A stretch of DNA of 64,000 nt from Eledone cirrhosa (taxonomy: Eukaryota), in NCBI GenBank assembly GCA_964016885.1, contig OZ024741.1, positions 172,360,001 to 172,424,000 on the forward strand, read 5' to 3'. The position numbers and the translations under genes are program-made. A model generated the notes under the pieces. That model saw only the letters and a program-made list of their open reading frames with translations, did no database searches and was not told the DNA's origin. How positions within the stretch are numbered: the stretch's first letter is position 1; each line of letters starts with the position of its first letter. Of the stretch, positions 16,691 through 31,250 are shown in pieces.

Positions 16691-17188
16691 GAGATAGCGG
16701 CGTGATGTTTAATTAAGATCAATTTTCTGGTTAAATAACAACAATGACTGAGACTTAAAAATAATATCAATAAGGGTTTTTGATTTAGACACAAAGACAG
16801 CAATTTTTGGTGGGGAGGTGAAATTCAGTTAAATCGACCCCAGTACGTGACTGTTACTTTATTTTACCGACCCCGTAAGGAGGAATGGCAAAAACTAACC
16901 TCAGCGGGATTTGAACTTAGAATGTAAAAGCCCGTACCTATATGCCGCAAGTAATTGGTAACAGTAAAAAAAAAAAACAATAACATTCAAAGTATCGGTG
17001 TCAAGAGACTATAATCTATTTGTGAAAGTAATGAACAAATTAACCAAGCATAAATATCTGGAAGTAGATATGGCCAGAGTGATAATGGGTGTCATGGGGT
17101 GACTAAAAACAGTGGTTCGGTGAGAGCACGTAACTGCTACAGCTGCTTCTGCTGCTGCTACTACCACCACCACCACCATCACCACCAC

Positions 17189-17239
<51 letters not shown>

Positions 17240-17242
17240 ATA

Positions 17243-19140
17243 GTTTCTTTATTGGCCACAAGGGTCACCATGAAGAAAGACATTACAGATGGCACAGAAC
17301 GGTACGGGACGATACAAAGTGGGTTTTCGCCGTGTAAAAAAAAAAGGTTATAACAAAACCAACATAAACAAGTTAAAACAATCAAACAACAAAAATTCCC
17401 CAATATGGGGAAAACTTCCGAGAGTCACGGCCACCCTGACCACCAGGGCAAGCGCCCTCTCACAGTTCTCCCACTCCCCAGGCTACAGGTCCATACTCAG
17501 AGCGGACCCGTTCACTCGGACCAGACTCACACTTTCACCCACCTTTAAACAAACCTACTAGAAGACTGCACATGCCTCTCCACCCAGATGTTCCTCTTCG
17601 AGTGAAACTTGTAAAAGTTAATCTAAGTCGGATCACAGATCACAAATTTGTGGTCCGTGTAGTCGACTACTTTAAATTGTGGACAACCTCCACTAGCCTT
17701 ATCTGTTTCCCTACAGATTACCCTATCTAGGTACGATCTGGATGACCCGATGCGGTTTGACAATGTCCTTATTGGATAATCCAGTCGATACCTGTCAGAC
17801 AGTTCAAGAGTTGCTGAGGCTTTTACACCCTCCTCCCCTATCTACTAGCCCCACATAATCCCAGCGTGCATCTAAGATACCGTTCTGGTCACCCACTAAC
17901 TCTAAAGAGCGGGACCTACCAAGAAAGGTTTCTAGACGTCTGAAGAAATATGGCCGTCTTGCCCCAGCTGGGGCGTATACGGCTACTAGCCTGAAAGTAT
18001 TGCCTTCGCTGCTGGTCATGTCCAGGACAACCGACTTACCTTCTTGGTCCAGGAAGATGGCCCGTATGGCGAAATTCAAGCCTCTCCGAAAAGGCACAGC
18101 AACTCTGCACCCCCCTCCCCCGCTCCTGCTTCTGTTATTGTTTTCAGAACTTTGGCTGTTCCATTCTATGGAGAGCCCGCCATTCCATTTAGCAGAAGCA
18201 ATATTTTTGTCCGCCATCTTAATTTTCGTAGAAAATTGAGGGGTATGTTTCAAAAACAAACCCAGATTTGGCCCCTAAGGGCTTCAAGAGAAGCTAAAGG
18301 AACCAGCTCATAGTGATACTGGCTTACATAGCTTCAAAACGATATCAAAATTTAAATGCAAAAAGTTGAATAACTGTGAAATAGAACAAACTTACAGGAG
18401 CGAAGTGAACCACATCTTGAAAGACAACACATCAATAATGATTTCATTGATTGGCCACAAGAGCCGACATATAGGGGACAATACAAAAGACTGTGACAGT
18501 GGGGTTTACAGAAAAACCGAGTAAACAATATGAATAACAATAACAAAGTAACAAGAAAAATACAACAAGAAAAATTCCCAAAGGGTTTGCTCAGGTACGC
18601 CACCAATCCTGAACGACCCGACGCTTCGAGAGCACTCTGGAGAGGCACCCCTCTCCTCCTCAAATTTACCCACCTACAGGCGCATGACCAGAGTAGTCCC
18701 ACTCACATGAGCCATTCTCGCCACACCTTTCAGCAAATGTACTGGGAGGGAGCACTTCTCTCTCCACCCTCACCTTCCTTTCCAAGTGAAACATGAAAAG
18801 GTTGATGAGGGATTGGCCGAAGAGAAATGTGTATGTCTTCAGTCCTTTCAACCTCGTCCACCATACAACCTCTTTCGCTACTGCCACCAGACAGGAAAAT
18901 TGCCTGCCCTTCCTGGCCAAAAGAAGGCGGCGGGTCGATCTTCACTATGGACTCGGCCTATAGTCGGATCCGTTTTACACGCGACAACAGCTGTTCGACA
19001 TAACTCCACAAGTCAGCAATGCACGGGCACTGTAGGAGTGCGTGCAGAACGGTTTCGTCGCTCTTCGCGCATCTCGGGCAGAACCATCTGACCGCACTTC
19101 CGTGCCTGTAGAGTTTATCTCGAACCGGCAGCCCACCCCC
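17243..19140 (-). mobile_element. Rearranged L1-Tx1 fragments (two 3' ends and an endonuclease piece)
   Basis: FRLVAVYAP..LVGDQNGILD; LPVRDKLYRHG..CPRC..DETVLHAL; homologous to 34490-39607. Confidence 0.85.
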
Positions 19141-19162
19141 AACCCCCCAACCCCCCACCAGG

Positions 19163-21533
19163 GCGCAAGGCCTACAGAGGCCGGATTAGCGAACTAGTTA
19201 AGCGGGCGTTGACGGGGGCCATCGTCAAAAACAAGTGGCGGTTTGCTCTGAAAAGAGCAATTAGAATAGAGTCCATTAGGTTTAGTAAGGCTTTAGCAAT
19301 AGAGAAAAATAGAGCAGAGGGAGAACTAGTTAGAAAATTAGAAGAGGCGCTTAGCAAAGGCATCGCGACCAACGTACTTGTGGCGAAATTGGCCCTTGAC
19401 TAATTCTTCAATGCAAAGCACGAAGGCTGCGTTGTCAGAGCTAGGGTGCGTGCTCTCAGACACGAGGGGACGAAAGCCGTTCAATGGGCCCGAGTGGCGG
19501 AGGCGCGTCGTGGCAACAAAGCCACGATCCGGGCCGGGTCGAGGGATGGACTTTAGTGTCTACCTTGACGGACTGCCGCGGCTCTCAGCCACTGAGGTGG
19601 AGTGTTGCGAAAAGCCGATAACAGCCGCTGAAGTACGGGAAGCAATGACTAGCTGCACAAGGGGTAAATCTCCTGGTTTGGATGGCCTGCCCTATGAACT
19701 TTACGTACAGATGCCAGACTTGTTCGGAGGCCTCTTGGCGGACATCTACTGCAACTGGCAACAGAACGGGAGAATTCCCAGCTTTGTGAGCCGAGGAGCT
19801 GTGGCGCTGCTGAGAAAGGATCCGAACAAGGGGCATAACATAGATAATTTTAGGCCCATAACTCTGCTAAACACAGAGTTCAAGATTTTGGCCAAGGTGC
19901 TAGCAAAGAGGTTGGCGCTTGTCGTTGGTGGTCTGGTGGGAGAGGCGCAGACATGCGCCATTCCCGACAGATCCATCCACGACAACCTCCACCTCATGCG
20001 ATACATCGTAGAGAGGGTAGCTAGGGAACCTGGCACGGATGGGTCCTTGATCAATTTATATCAGTCGAAAGCTATCGATAGGATTGATCATCGTTACCTA
20101 GCGGCATACCTGAGGGCGGCTGGCTTTGGGCCCGTCTTCAGAGTCTGGATCGCTGCCATGCAGAGCGACATCTGCTCTGTGGTGAGAGTAAACGGTCACC
20201 TTTCGGAACTGTGCAGAAATGGGCCGAGAGGAACCTATCCCTGAAAGGTCGAGCGGAGGTGGCTAACGCGTATATCGCGTGCGTCATCTACTACCGCCTG
20301 ACCGTCGTACCTTGTCCTAAGCCCCGCCTGACTGCGCTGGTGCGTTTGCTCTTTCGCTTTTTGTGGAAGGGACGCGCTCCGATGGTCAGGCGGTTCATTT
20401 GCTGTCAACACCCGCTACGTGGAGGGCTGGGAATGCCGTGGCTGATGATGCGCAGACTCGCGCTGAGGCTACGACATCTCCACCTTTTCCTCGACGGTGA
20501 TCAGGTGTGGTCTCCGTTTGCCAGACGCGTCTTTCCCCAGCTCGTCTCCTTGACGGAGCTGCAGTCCTGGGTCAAGCGAAGACCGAGAGGGAGCGCTTGG
20601 AGACTGGACTGTCTTCAGGCGCTCACAGCCCTCGACCAATCGGGCAATGTGATCGGTGGAAACTCCACCTTGTCGTTCTATAGAGGATTAGTGGAGGGGA
20701 AGAGCGACGACGTACTTCGAGAAACTCTAGGCGTCGACAAAAATCAACTAACCAATCTCTTCGGAAGAACTTTCGGGCCGGGGCCTATTGACATCTTCCA
20801 GAAATCCCTGGCCTGGCAGTGCTACCGAGGAGCTTTGCCAGTTCGGGATAAACTCTACAGGCATGGAGGTGCCGTCAGCCGGGCATGTCCGAGATGCCCG
20901 CAGGGCGACGAAACCGTCCTGTACGCACTCGTCCAGTGTCCGAGCATTGCTGACTTGTGGGTTTATGTCGAACACCTGCTGTCGCGTGTAGGACGGATCC
21001 GGCTATCAGCTGAGTCCATCGTGAGGATTGCCCCGCCCTCTTCCTTTAGCCGAGAAAGGCAGGCAGTTTTTATCTGTCTGGTGGCCATGGCGAAAGAGAT
21101 AGTATGGTGGACACGTTTGAAAGGGCTGAAGACGAACACTTACCTCTTCGGTGATGCCTAATTAACTTTTTCAAATTTCATTTGAAAAGGAAAATCAGGG
21201 TAGAAAAGGAAGTACTCTCTTCCCAGCATTTTGTTGAAAGATGGGTGTGAGAGGCAAGAATAGCCCGAGTGAATGGGCCTACTCTGAGTATGGGTCTGTA
21301 AATTAAAGGAGGAAAACTGGAAGAGGGCACTTGCCTTGGTGGTCAGGGTCACTGTGGTCTTTTAATGGGCTTTCTCCACAAATGTCTCTCGGAAGTCTCC
21401 TCCTATTGGGGAATTTTTCATTGTTATTTTTATTACATCCTCTGTTTTTTTTACACACAGAAATGCCCATTTGTACCGTCCTGTATTGTCCTTAATGTCT
21501 ACTTTATGTAAACCCTTGTGGTTAATAAAGAAA
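19163..21533 (+). mobile_element. 5'-truncated L1-Tx1 copy with two internal deletions, one removing YADD
   Basis: GKSPGLDGLPYELY, NFRPITLLN, zf-RVT CPRC; highly similar to 36740-39607; ends in aataaa plus (ATT)n. Confidence 0.92.
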
Positions 21534-21571
21534 TCATTATTATCATTATTATTATTATTATTATTATTATT

Positions 21572-22900
21572 TATTGGCCACAAGAGCTGACATATAAGGA
21601 ACAATACAAAGACAGGGACAGTGGGTGTTTACATTTAGAACCTGTAAAATATATAAATAACAATAACAAAATAACAAGAAAAATACAATGAGAATTCCCA
21701 ATGTGGATAACGACTCAGGGTCGACTCAGGTATCCCACCAATTGTGAAGCACCAGACACTTCGAGGGCACCCACAACTAATCTTCTACAGAACTCGAGAG
21801 TGGAAGTTCCACTGACCTCAGTGCCCACCTGGTAGAGGGCAGTGAGTGCCTGGCAATATTCCATATGCCAGGCACCTAGTTCCGGTCTCTACTTGACCCT
21901 GGACTGCAGCTCAGTCAAGGAGACGAACTGCAGAAAAGTACGTCTGACAAACGGAGACCACACTTACACCATTTACGCAGAATATCTGGAGATGCCGCAG
22001 CCTCAGCGCATGTTTGCGTATCATTAGCCACGGCATTCCCAGCCCTCCGTGTAGAGGATGCTGGCAGCAGATGGACCGCCTCGCCAACGAAATCTGTCCC
22101 CTCAATAAGAAGTTTCTTCAGGTCAACCCCGGACCAGTCCTCTCTGGCTGTTCCATCAATCAGGATGGCATCTGTACTCTCCACTATCATGCATCCCAGG
22201 AGCCACAAGATGACTATTCCTGGGGGGGAATCCCGGGAATGCAGACAACTTACTGGTCTTTTTCCCATGAGGGAATGGGTACATATTGACCTTGCTGGCT
22301 TTGCAAGTAGACATTGTGTGTTTAATATCAAGGGCTCTGAATTAAACAGCACCGAGATGGTGCCGTGTATTCTACCCCTCACTATGTACCCTGTGTCATC
22401 CCTGATGAACCTCAGTGCAGCTTCAATTTCGGCTTGTGGAATGATTGGCACTATTTTTTTCTGCGCTGAATTGCATCTAAAGTGCACCTCCTCCTCTCTA
22501 ACGCTTCTATCGCTTCAGCCGAGACATTTCAGTTGGCCCAGGTTTGCTCTTGTTTGATGAGCTTCCAGACATGGGCCAACATTTTATCTTTTTCACTGAG
22601 GTCCATGCTGAAACATGGCCTCCTTTTGGCGAAATGTTTCTTCTTGTTGACCATGATGGTGTTACCGGTTCTGTTGCTGTTGGTGTTGTTGTTGTTGGTC
22701 TTGTCGTTGTTGTTGGTGTTGCCATTGTTGTTGTTGTTGGTGTTGTTGTTGTTGCTGTTGCAGTTCTTGGTACAGATGTTATCATTGTTGTTTTCGCTGG
22801 TGCAGCTGCCGCTGTTTTTTTTAATTATCTACGTTGTTGTTGTTCTGGGAGGTGAGCACGCATCGATGATATGTAAAACATTGAAATGAATTTACCACTC
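21572..22900 (-). mobile_element. Decayed, deleted L1-Tx1-related copy, tail-to-tail with the preceding copy
   Basis: RRSICCQHPLHGGLGMPWL motif; 3' UTR like 18440-18600; Thr-rich ORF1-like segment at 22560-22850. Confidence 0.65.
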
Positions 22901-22949
22901 CTACTCTGGTCATATAAGTAGCAACAACATACTTGCAAGCAGCTTAAAT

Positions 22950-25020
22950 ACTCACAGCAAGGATAGATATATCGTTATTATACATAAACACATTGTACCT
23001 TTATTCATATACGCATTTATTCATAATCACGCTTTGCTTCTGCTAACACATTGGGAGATTATGAAGGCTTTACAGTTAGCCAAATTTACTCAGCCACTAG
23101 TAGCTGATATCGAACGCCTGACCAATATTTGGTATATCATTTTGCTCCTTAAGGATGGTGAGAAGCAAATTGAGTTTGATAGCATTCACTACCAAAAAAG
23201 GCATCTCCCAGTCAGTGATGATCTTCGTCCTCTCATTAAACCCAGTATCATACTTGTTTACAAAACATAGGTGCCATAGAAACGGATCTAGATGTATGTT
23301 CCATCTTTTCTTTGTCGATTAGATGTATGGGTCAAATATCAACCACATTAAAAAACTGGACCTCATTACCCAATTCTCTAGAATGAGATTTAGTGAGTCC
23401 AAATGTGCATTATTGAGAGAAGAACATGGGAAAGTTAGGCCTTCCTTTAATATTCTAAACATGAGCGGCTTAGTGATACAACCTTTAGTCAGGTGAAAAC
23501 TGTGGGTATCTTGGACAGGATGAGAATGCCAGATATGATGGACCCACGAATAAGAAGAGGACCAGGAACAAAAATCGCAGAAAAATGGTCATCAGAACTT
23601 AGAGCCAACAATTGCTCATATTACGTTTGCTGTGTCATCCTAACGCTAGCATTTGGCCTACTGAACTGGTCATTAACTGAACGAGATGGATATAAGGACT
23701 CACAAGCTGTTCAGGGTTACTGGAATCTTTAATATTAATGGTGACGTGGATATGCTATATTTCCCACGCAGAGAGGGTGGAGGAGACGTAAAATCCATAT
23801 TAACATTATACGAAAACCGGATAATAACACTGAAGCAACATATTCAACAGAAACAAAAGGTAAGCAGCCATCTAACCCAGGTTTGTGAGCATTAAAATAA
23901 TAATTGTTTCTACTTTTGGCACAAGGCCAGCAAATTACCCAGTGTATTACTGGTACTTTATTTTATCGACCCCGTAAGGGTGAAAGGCAAAGTTAACCTC
24001 GGCGGGATTTCAACTCCGAGGTTAACTTATTAAATAATAATATTGTTAAGTCAGCCACTGATCTAAGTAAGAGACATTAAATAAAAGCAGACACAAATCT
24101 CTCTTCCAATATTGGAATTCTCTATTTAATTGTTTCTACTTTTGGCACAAGGACAGCAATTACCCAGTACATTACTGATACTTCATTTTATCGACCCCGT
24201 AAGGATGAAAGGCAAAGTTAACCTCGACGCGATTTGAACTCAGACCGTAAAGGGACGTAACTATGCTGGAAAGCATGGTGTCCGACCCTCTAACGACACT
24301 GCCAATTCACCGCAAATTATATAAAATAAACTAATTCACTGAGGCTGTGGCACATGAGACAAAAACACAGACCACAGAAGGAATAAACTGTGCTAAAAGC
24401 CTAAAATAGCATCCAACCTTCAAAGATACCTAAATGCAATCTCGGATAAGAAACCCCTTCCAAGTATCTACTGTACAGAAGAATATCATCAGTTGACATT
24501 AAATGTAGGCGGTACAAAAGAAAGACCGAAGATGTTAGGCACATAATTGCCATCTATGAAAGAAGTCTTCTCGTTACCACCTTTCATTGAGGCATGGCGT
24601 GGTAGCTAGAACAATTAGAAATGTAATACGGAAGATAAAAATAAAAACAAATATGGAGAAATATGTTAATACTGGTGGAACCTAAAAATAAAAACCATTT
24701 TGATACTGTTGTTTGGGACCGCACATTAAAACATGCTCTGATGCCCACATGATGAAAATACGGTAAGAAATATGCAAGAAAAGGATACTTACGGATAACT
24801 GATATACGTTCAGCATCATATCCATTACTTTTGAAGCTAGAGTTTATATATCAATCCGCCTGGACCAATGTATAAATGAACTCAGATTTGTGAAGAAAGA
24901 ATGTAGCGCCTTGATTCATAAGCTACAAATGTAAAACATTCTTACGATTCAAAGAATGGACGCTGACACAAAGGACGATAACAATTGCATTTTTTTACAA
25001 TCTTGCAACCAGGAAGGTGG
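22950..25020 (+). mobile_element. Very decayed R4/Dong-type LINE with two SINE insertions (23900-24015, 24128-24313)
   Basis: DIRTHKLFRVTGIFNINGDVDMLYFPRREGG motif. Confidence 0.55.
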
Positions 25021-25283
25021 CCAGACAAAATAAAATGAAAATCAAGGGGAAATTTGAGTAGGTCATTGGTGTAATCTTTCTACTTTACTACAGGGTTTTT
25101 CTTAATGCTGATTTTATAAATAATGATTTTGTGTATAAGGACAAGTCCAGACGTTTTGGTGAAAGCAGTCGAATATATCGACCCAGTACTTGCTTGTTAT
25201 TAATTTATCGATCCCCAAAACATGAGCGGCATTAATAATTTCAAGGAAAAGATTTGCTGAAATTACAATATCATATCATTCTG

Positions 25284-25492
25284 ACTATCTTTATTGCCAC
25301 TTCCTGTCTCATAATATTACCAGCTCTTATATTCACTCACATGTATCTACTACTATCTTTATTGCCACTTCCTGTCTCATAATATTACCAGCTCTTATAT
25401 TCACTCACATGTATCTACTACTATCTTTATTGTCACTTCCTGTCTCATAATATTACCAGCTTTTATATTCACTCACATGTATCTGCTACTAT
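25284..25492. repeat. Minisatellite, 3 x 68 bp
   Basis: actatctttattg starts at 25284, 25352 and 25420. Confidence 0.95.
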
Positions 25493-25797
25493 TTTCCATT
25501 CTTTGATTTTTTTCCACTAACCCATTCTTTCTATCTCTTATTCTTTCAATTTCCTTTTTCTGGCATTCTTACACTAATATTTTCTGCCACTCAAAATATG
25601 TAATCAGTGCTCACATTTGCGTCTTTATTTTGCCTTGCAATTTTATTTTCATTTCAAAGTTACATTTACTGTAACTTTAAAATAAACTTTTGTTAATAAT
25701 ATTTCTATCAATAATGCTTCCTATAATCACAACAACCTCTGCTAGCAAATCCCAACATAATCTCAGGGCAGCAGAAACAAATAATCTACGATAGCAA

Positions 25798-26180
25798 ATA
25801 ATTGTTTCTACTTTAGGCACAAGGCCAGCAATTATCCAGTGCATTACTGGTACTTTATTTTATCGACCCCGTAAGGATGAAAGGCAAAGTCAACCTCGGC
25901 GGGATTTGAACTCAGATCGTAAAGGGACGTAACTATGCTGGAAAGCATGGCGTCTGATCCTCTACCGATACTGCCAATCCATAAGCAAATAATTGTTTCT
26001 ACTTTAGGCACAAGGCCAGCAATTACCCAGTGCATTACTGGTACTTTATTTTATCGACCCCGTAAGGATGAAAGGCAAAGTCAACCTCGGCGGGATTTGA
26101 ACTCAAATCATAAAGGGCCGTAACTCTATGCTGCAAAGCATGGTGTCCGACCCTCTACCGATACTGCCAATCCATAAGCA
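25798..26180 (-). mobile_element. Tandem SINE dimer
   Basis: Two ~190-bp copies, each followed by ccataagcaaataat. Confidence 0.9.
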
Positions 26181-26848
26181 AATAATGATAACTAATGGTA
26201 GTCCATTTACATTTACTTTGATGTGTGTTTGAAGGTAATTTTATATGTGAGGAAGCGATTCCAATTTAATAGTAACCAGTCCTACAAAGATCTCACAAGA
26301 AAATATGGAAAAAATTCTAAAACAAAGATGAAAAAATTAGAAAAACGTTGGGTTACTATAATTCTGAACGTATAGCAGACGAGATTAAGATGGACAAAAA
26401 AGTAATAGTGTTTACATTGTCTTTCGGTATATTTCTGTATCAGGAACCTTTTTATCAAACGTGGAGAAATCGGAGAGACGTCTTCTTGTAAGGTGACTTT
26501 TGTTTTCTTAAAGACTGTCATTGAAGTTCGTCAGTGAAAATGTAACATGTGCTGATTAGCCTGTACACAATAGCCTGTCGGTCCTATGTAACTCAAATCT
26601 GTTATAAATTGGATTTACCCTTTTTATTAAGAATACCCTCTTTCTTGTGTAAACCTCTGTTTTACCTCAGTGTACGCTCAAAGGTTACCTCAATATTTCA
26701 GGGCATTTTTGTAGTGTTCTTGTTTTTTTTGTTTTTTTTGTTTACTTTTTGTTGTTTTTTTTGTTTTGTTTTTTGAGAATGTGAAAGCTCTCATGCTGCT
26801 ATGTTCTTTGATAAGTTAGTGTAGTTTCCAGACAGTTCTTGCTATTTA

Positions 26849-27200
26849 TTAGTCACCAAATTTGTTGCAGGTAATTTCCTGATTACTCCCTCGGAGCTCT
26901 GCACATTTCCACTGGGGAAGGGGATGCAAAGCTCCGACAAAGTAATCATCAGATTGGAAGACCTTAATCCCATCACATTTAGACAGAGTAGATACACTTT
27001 TAGCCAAGATGTAGCCTCTATCTACTCTTCCGTCAGTTCCTCTCAAGCCATCAATTTGATAATTGACCGAATCATCTCTAGCAATCTCATTTGTTGCTGC
27101 CTTACTGCCGCAGGCATCCACAAACTGCTTATTGAAGTCTCCATAGTCTCGATAGGGTTCACATCTCTCAGGCCTAACGCCCATCACATACATGAACCAG
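26849..27200 (-). CDS. Candidate terminal coding exon of an unidentified gene (~116 aa, 4 Cys)
   Basis: Non-repetitive open frame WFMYVMGVRPERCEPY...CNKFGD; acceptor tttttatgtag at 27201; TAA TAA overlapping AATAAA. Confidence 0.55.
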
Positions 27201-27961
27201 CTACATAAAAATATATATACACTTCAACATCATTCTAATAAAAATATGTATACATTTTCGGGGAAACCCTGTATATTAGCAAAAGTATCCATGGAAATAC
27301 CAGCATAAACGACAATCTCCCCTGCAGCATCCAGCGTATATATATACATACACACACACACGCACGCACACACATACACATAATACATACATACATACAT
27401 ACATACATACATACATACATACATACATACATACATACATACATACATACATACATACATAGAGGGTACACCAAAATATATATTTACGGTAATAGGCATA
27501 TGAAATTCTAAAAATTAACAGAATATGAAATGTTCGTATGGCTACACGACAGATTTCCCTAGCAGACAAACATGCAATCAGATTATATCTTATTACATTA
27601 GACCACCCGCCATGTATTATATACATAGATACATACATACCTACACACACACACACATATATATATATATGTATATATATGTGTATATATACACATATAT
27701 ATACACATATATATATATGTATATATATATATCCACTTCTGCGTTTACAGATTGACTTTGTTAGTTACAGAAGATCCCGTTAAGGGTCAAAGCAGCGATT
27801 CTTTGCTTAAACTTTAATCTGTTATTTTAATAAATATATATATATATATTTATATATATATATATATGTATATATGGAAAGTTATATTTAAATTGTTGGG
27901 TTACAACTAGTAAATATTTATAACTGATATAAAAGCACTCGACAAATATTTGGAGTATATT

Positions 27962-28314
27962 TACAATATTAAATAAATGGAAACTATATTTATAAAACCA
28001 TATCTATTTCATTATATATATTTCAGGGATATCATATTAACAATATGCTATGCCTTCCTCAGACAAAATACAATATAAACAGTTTTATAGATAAATAGAT
28101 TCGACATACCGTAACAACATCTACTTGCATTTGAGAACTTCTCAAATGCAAGTAGATGTTGTTACGGTATGTCGAATCTATTTATCTATAAAACTGTTTA
28201 TATTGTATTTTGTCTGAGGAAGGCATAGCATATTGTTAATATGATATCCCTGAAATATATATAATGAAATAGATATGGTTTTATAAATATAGTTTCCATT
28301 TATTTAATATTGTA
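27962..28314. repeat. Perfect 353-bp palindrome (centre 28138) with a hammerhead in each arm
   Basis: Arms are exact reverse complements around a 1-nt spacer; (TA)n on the right and about 90 bp to the left. Confidence 0.95.
28206..28271 (+). ncRNA. Type I hammerhead ribozyme, intact core (mirror copy 28005-28070 on minus)
   Basis: UAUUUUGU-CUGAGGA-AGG..CAUAUU-GUU-AAUAUG..CCU-GAAAU-AUAU-AUA/AUGAAAUA; predicted cleavage after 28263. Confidence 0.8.
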
Positions 28315-28324
28315 TATGTATATA

Positions 28325-28473
<149 letters not shown>

Positions 28474-29439
28474 TTATATATGGGATAACAAGTTATTGTT
28501 ATAGGTAATCCAGTTAGAGGTTGTGAGTACTCTGCGTCGTGGATAGTTTTAACGTACGGCTTTGTTTGACTCAACAAGATGCTTCCATAGTTACGCAGCG
28601 AGTTCGCGGTAATTCCTATGCAGGTTATACTTGCAGTAATAATAGTAAAAGAATGAAGAGTAACATGGTTGGCTGTACAATAAGGGGCTTTATTTAAAGT
28701 ACTGACAATTGTTTCGTTCATCAGGTGAGTCTAGAGTTCGCTAATCGCTTGAAGCTGCGTCACTCGATCTCCAATACATTATTTACCTCTGATCAACACA
28801 TTAGATTACGTAGATATTAAAATAATTCACTCGAGGCAAGACATATATAGAAAAATACCGTATAATCAAAACAATAACATCAATAATAAAACATATATGG
28901 TAAATAGGTAGAGAAGTTACAGACGTAAAAAGTAAAAGTAAAAGATAAGATAGGGTACATTAAAAAAATAAGAAAATGAGAAAATGGAAAATATAAAGAA
29001 ATAAATAAGGATAAGTGAGAGCATGTAAGTACATAGTATGTTTGTAGTAGTTTTGAGTAAGTGTTCTTAAAAGGATTCCTTGGTGGGTTTAGTGCTAACA
29101 TGAAAAATCAGATTCGAGATGTACATAGATACGTGTAGAGGGTCCGATGTAGTGACAGATAAAAGAGAAAACAATAAATTAGAGATTAATTGGAGTGTGA
29201 GATTTATGGGCTAGGAGTGGAGGGACCTTTGACAAACGCTTGTTGTAAATGTTTTGCTGATTGTTCTATCTTAATGGGGTTGATGCTGTTTCAGGGAGAG
29301 AGGGTGAAAGAGATGTTCAGAGATTTATGATCCAGTGACCAGTTGGCCTTTTGACAGCTAATAGCAGTGCGATGGTATGTATTCTATATGCTAAAATCTA
29401 GCTGATCACTTCTAATTTTTGGATTGCTGGTTCAAATCA

Positions 29440-31250
29440 TGGTGGTTTGAAATTTGTGAATCTGGTAGCTGTTTTATGCCTACGGAAAATTGATCTTTCT
29501 ATTTTGCTGTTAAGCAGTATCCCATCATACCTTAAAATATGTAGTAGTTCTAAATTACAAAGTCCGCAGTGGGACATTCCGTTGCTGTAGGCTCTTGCTA
29601 CCGATAATTTGACCAGCTAATCTTATATTCTAGTTTTTGTTTTTAAGCTGCCAGATTTTATTGGCGAGCGTCGTAGAATTTTCCAGTCTACGGTTCTTTA
29701 TGGAGTGTCTGTGGACGTACCACCCTTTCTTGAACTCCCCAGCCGTGGAACCTAAGTGGTGGCAAATAGAGTTAGCTTAATTTATAGTACACAGGTATAC
29801 CATACTCGAATCCAGGCATCTATTCCGTAGTGGGCACTTATCCGGTAGGTGGCAATTACAATTTGAGGTTTTTCTGTGTGCAGATTCACCGTTGCGGTTT
29901 TGTAAGTTGTTGTGGATGGGTTGTGATTTAGGCCTATTAATATTTTGTTGTGATGCATTCTGATGCGTTTGTGGGTGTGATGTTATGTGTTTGCGTTTTG
30001 TATTTGCTGCTATGGTGCATATTGGTAGGTTAATTTCTTTAGAGATATTTTAGTGGTTGATTTTACGTATGTGTGATTCTATGTTGGCGGCAGTAGAGTA
30101 GGAAAGTTTTTTTAGTTTTTCTATTAAAGATTTTATGGTATTTGTGTAGTGTAGGGAAGTGCTTATCTATTAGTTTAAAGAATGTAGAATGTAGTTTAGT
30201 TTTTAGAGAGGAGTTGAATATTGGATTGAACCATAGGTACATTCTATCAATGGATCTTCTATAGTTTTGGGGGGTCCTTATATTAGTGTTTTGTTCAGTT
30301 ATTTTTGGTGCTCATTGTCTAATTCTATGCTTAGTCCTATGCTTGTTATTTCTATATGAGCGGGTAGTGTTGTCGTCGTTAGGTTTGTTGTTGTTGTCTC
30401 TATCTAGTATGTATTCCAGCTTCTCTTTATGTCCAGCCTTATGTAAAGCTATGTTATAATAGTTTGCGTGTTCGTTAAAAGTTTCTAGGTTCGAAGATAG
30501 GTGGGATATTCTGAGGGATATACTACGTTCTATGGAGCTAATTATGGATCGGCGCTGGTTTGAGGAAGGTATGGAAGGCTCTATTAATCCTGTGTTTAGG
30601 TTGAGTGTTACATCTAAGAAATTTGCTTTTTTAGAATTAACTTCGAAAGTGATACTTAGGCATAGTTTTCCATGATTTGATTATTTAAGTTTTTGGCTAG
30701 AAGGAGTGTATCATCTCTGTAAATTCCTCCTTGGAGGTTATTGAATTCCTTATGTAAGTTGTGGGCTATATATATACCCACCAAGTCGGTTACCTGCACT
30801 GAGTCGTTAGATCCCATTGTGATATCGAAGCTATTCTGTCTGTTTTTTTCGTTCCCAGAAACTATTTTCGAATCTAATGATAGTCCTTCTAGCAGCTAGT
30901 ATTATTTTAATTTCGTCCGAGGTAAGGTCCGAATTTTTCTGGGCAAAGATTAGCGCTTTACCCAGAGTGACTGGGGATATGGATGAGTAGTAGTCATTAA
31001 TGTCGTACTGTACGAAGGTAGATGTTTCTCTACTGTTTATTTTGCTGAACCAGTCTATTGCTTCATTAGTGTTACACCATAGCTTAATTACTAGTTTGTC
31101 CTTAATTTGTGCGATTACTCTATCTAGTAATTATTTTTTGTGATCCTTTAGGTTAAATGTGGGGTTACAAGGGGTTAGAGGCTCGGTTCTATAAGATATT
31201 TTCATTTTTTTTTACTATGCTAAGTCCTTCCTTATTAATGCTAGTGAGTG
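29440..31250 (-). pseudogene. Disrupted RT + GIY-YIG ORF of the Naiad-type PLE
   Basis: Motifs above in broken frames; missed by the ORF track. Confidence 0.85.

Noticed and set aside
26410-26546. CUGACGA...GAAAU on minus with partial stem I
   Set aside because: Long unpaired stem II region and no valid cleavage triplet
29440-29870. Selenocysteine recoding, reported for some Naiad PLEs
   Set aside because: The Cys positions I could read use TGT/TGC; no TGA at conserved Cys and no SECIS recognised
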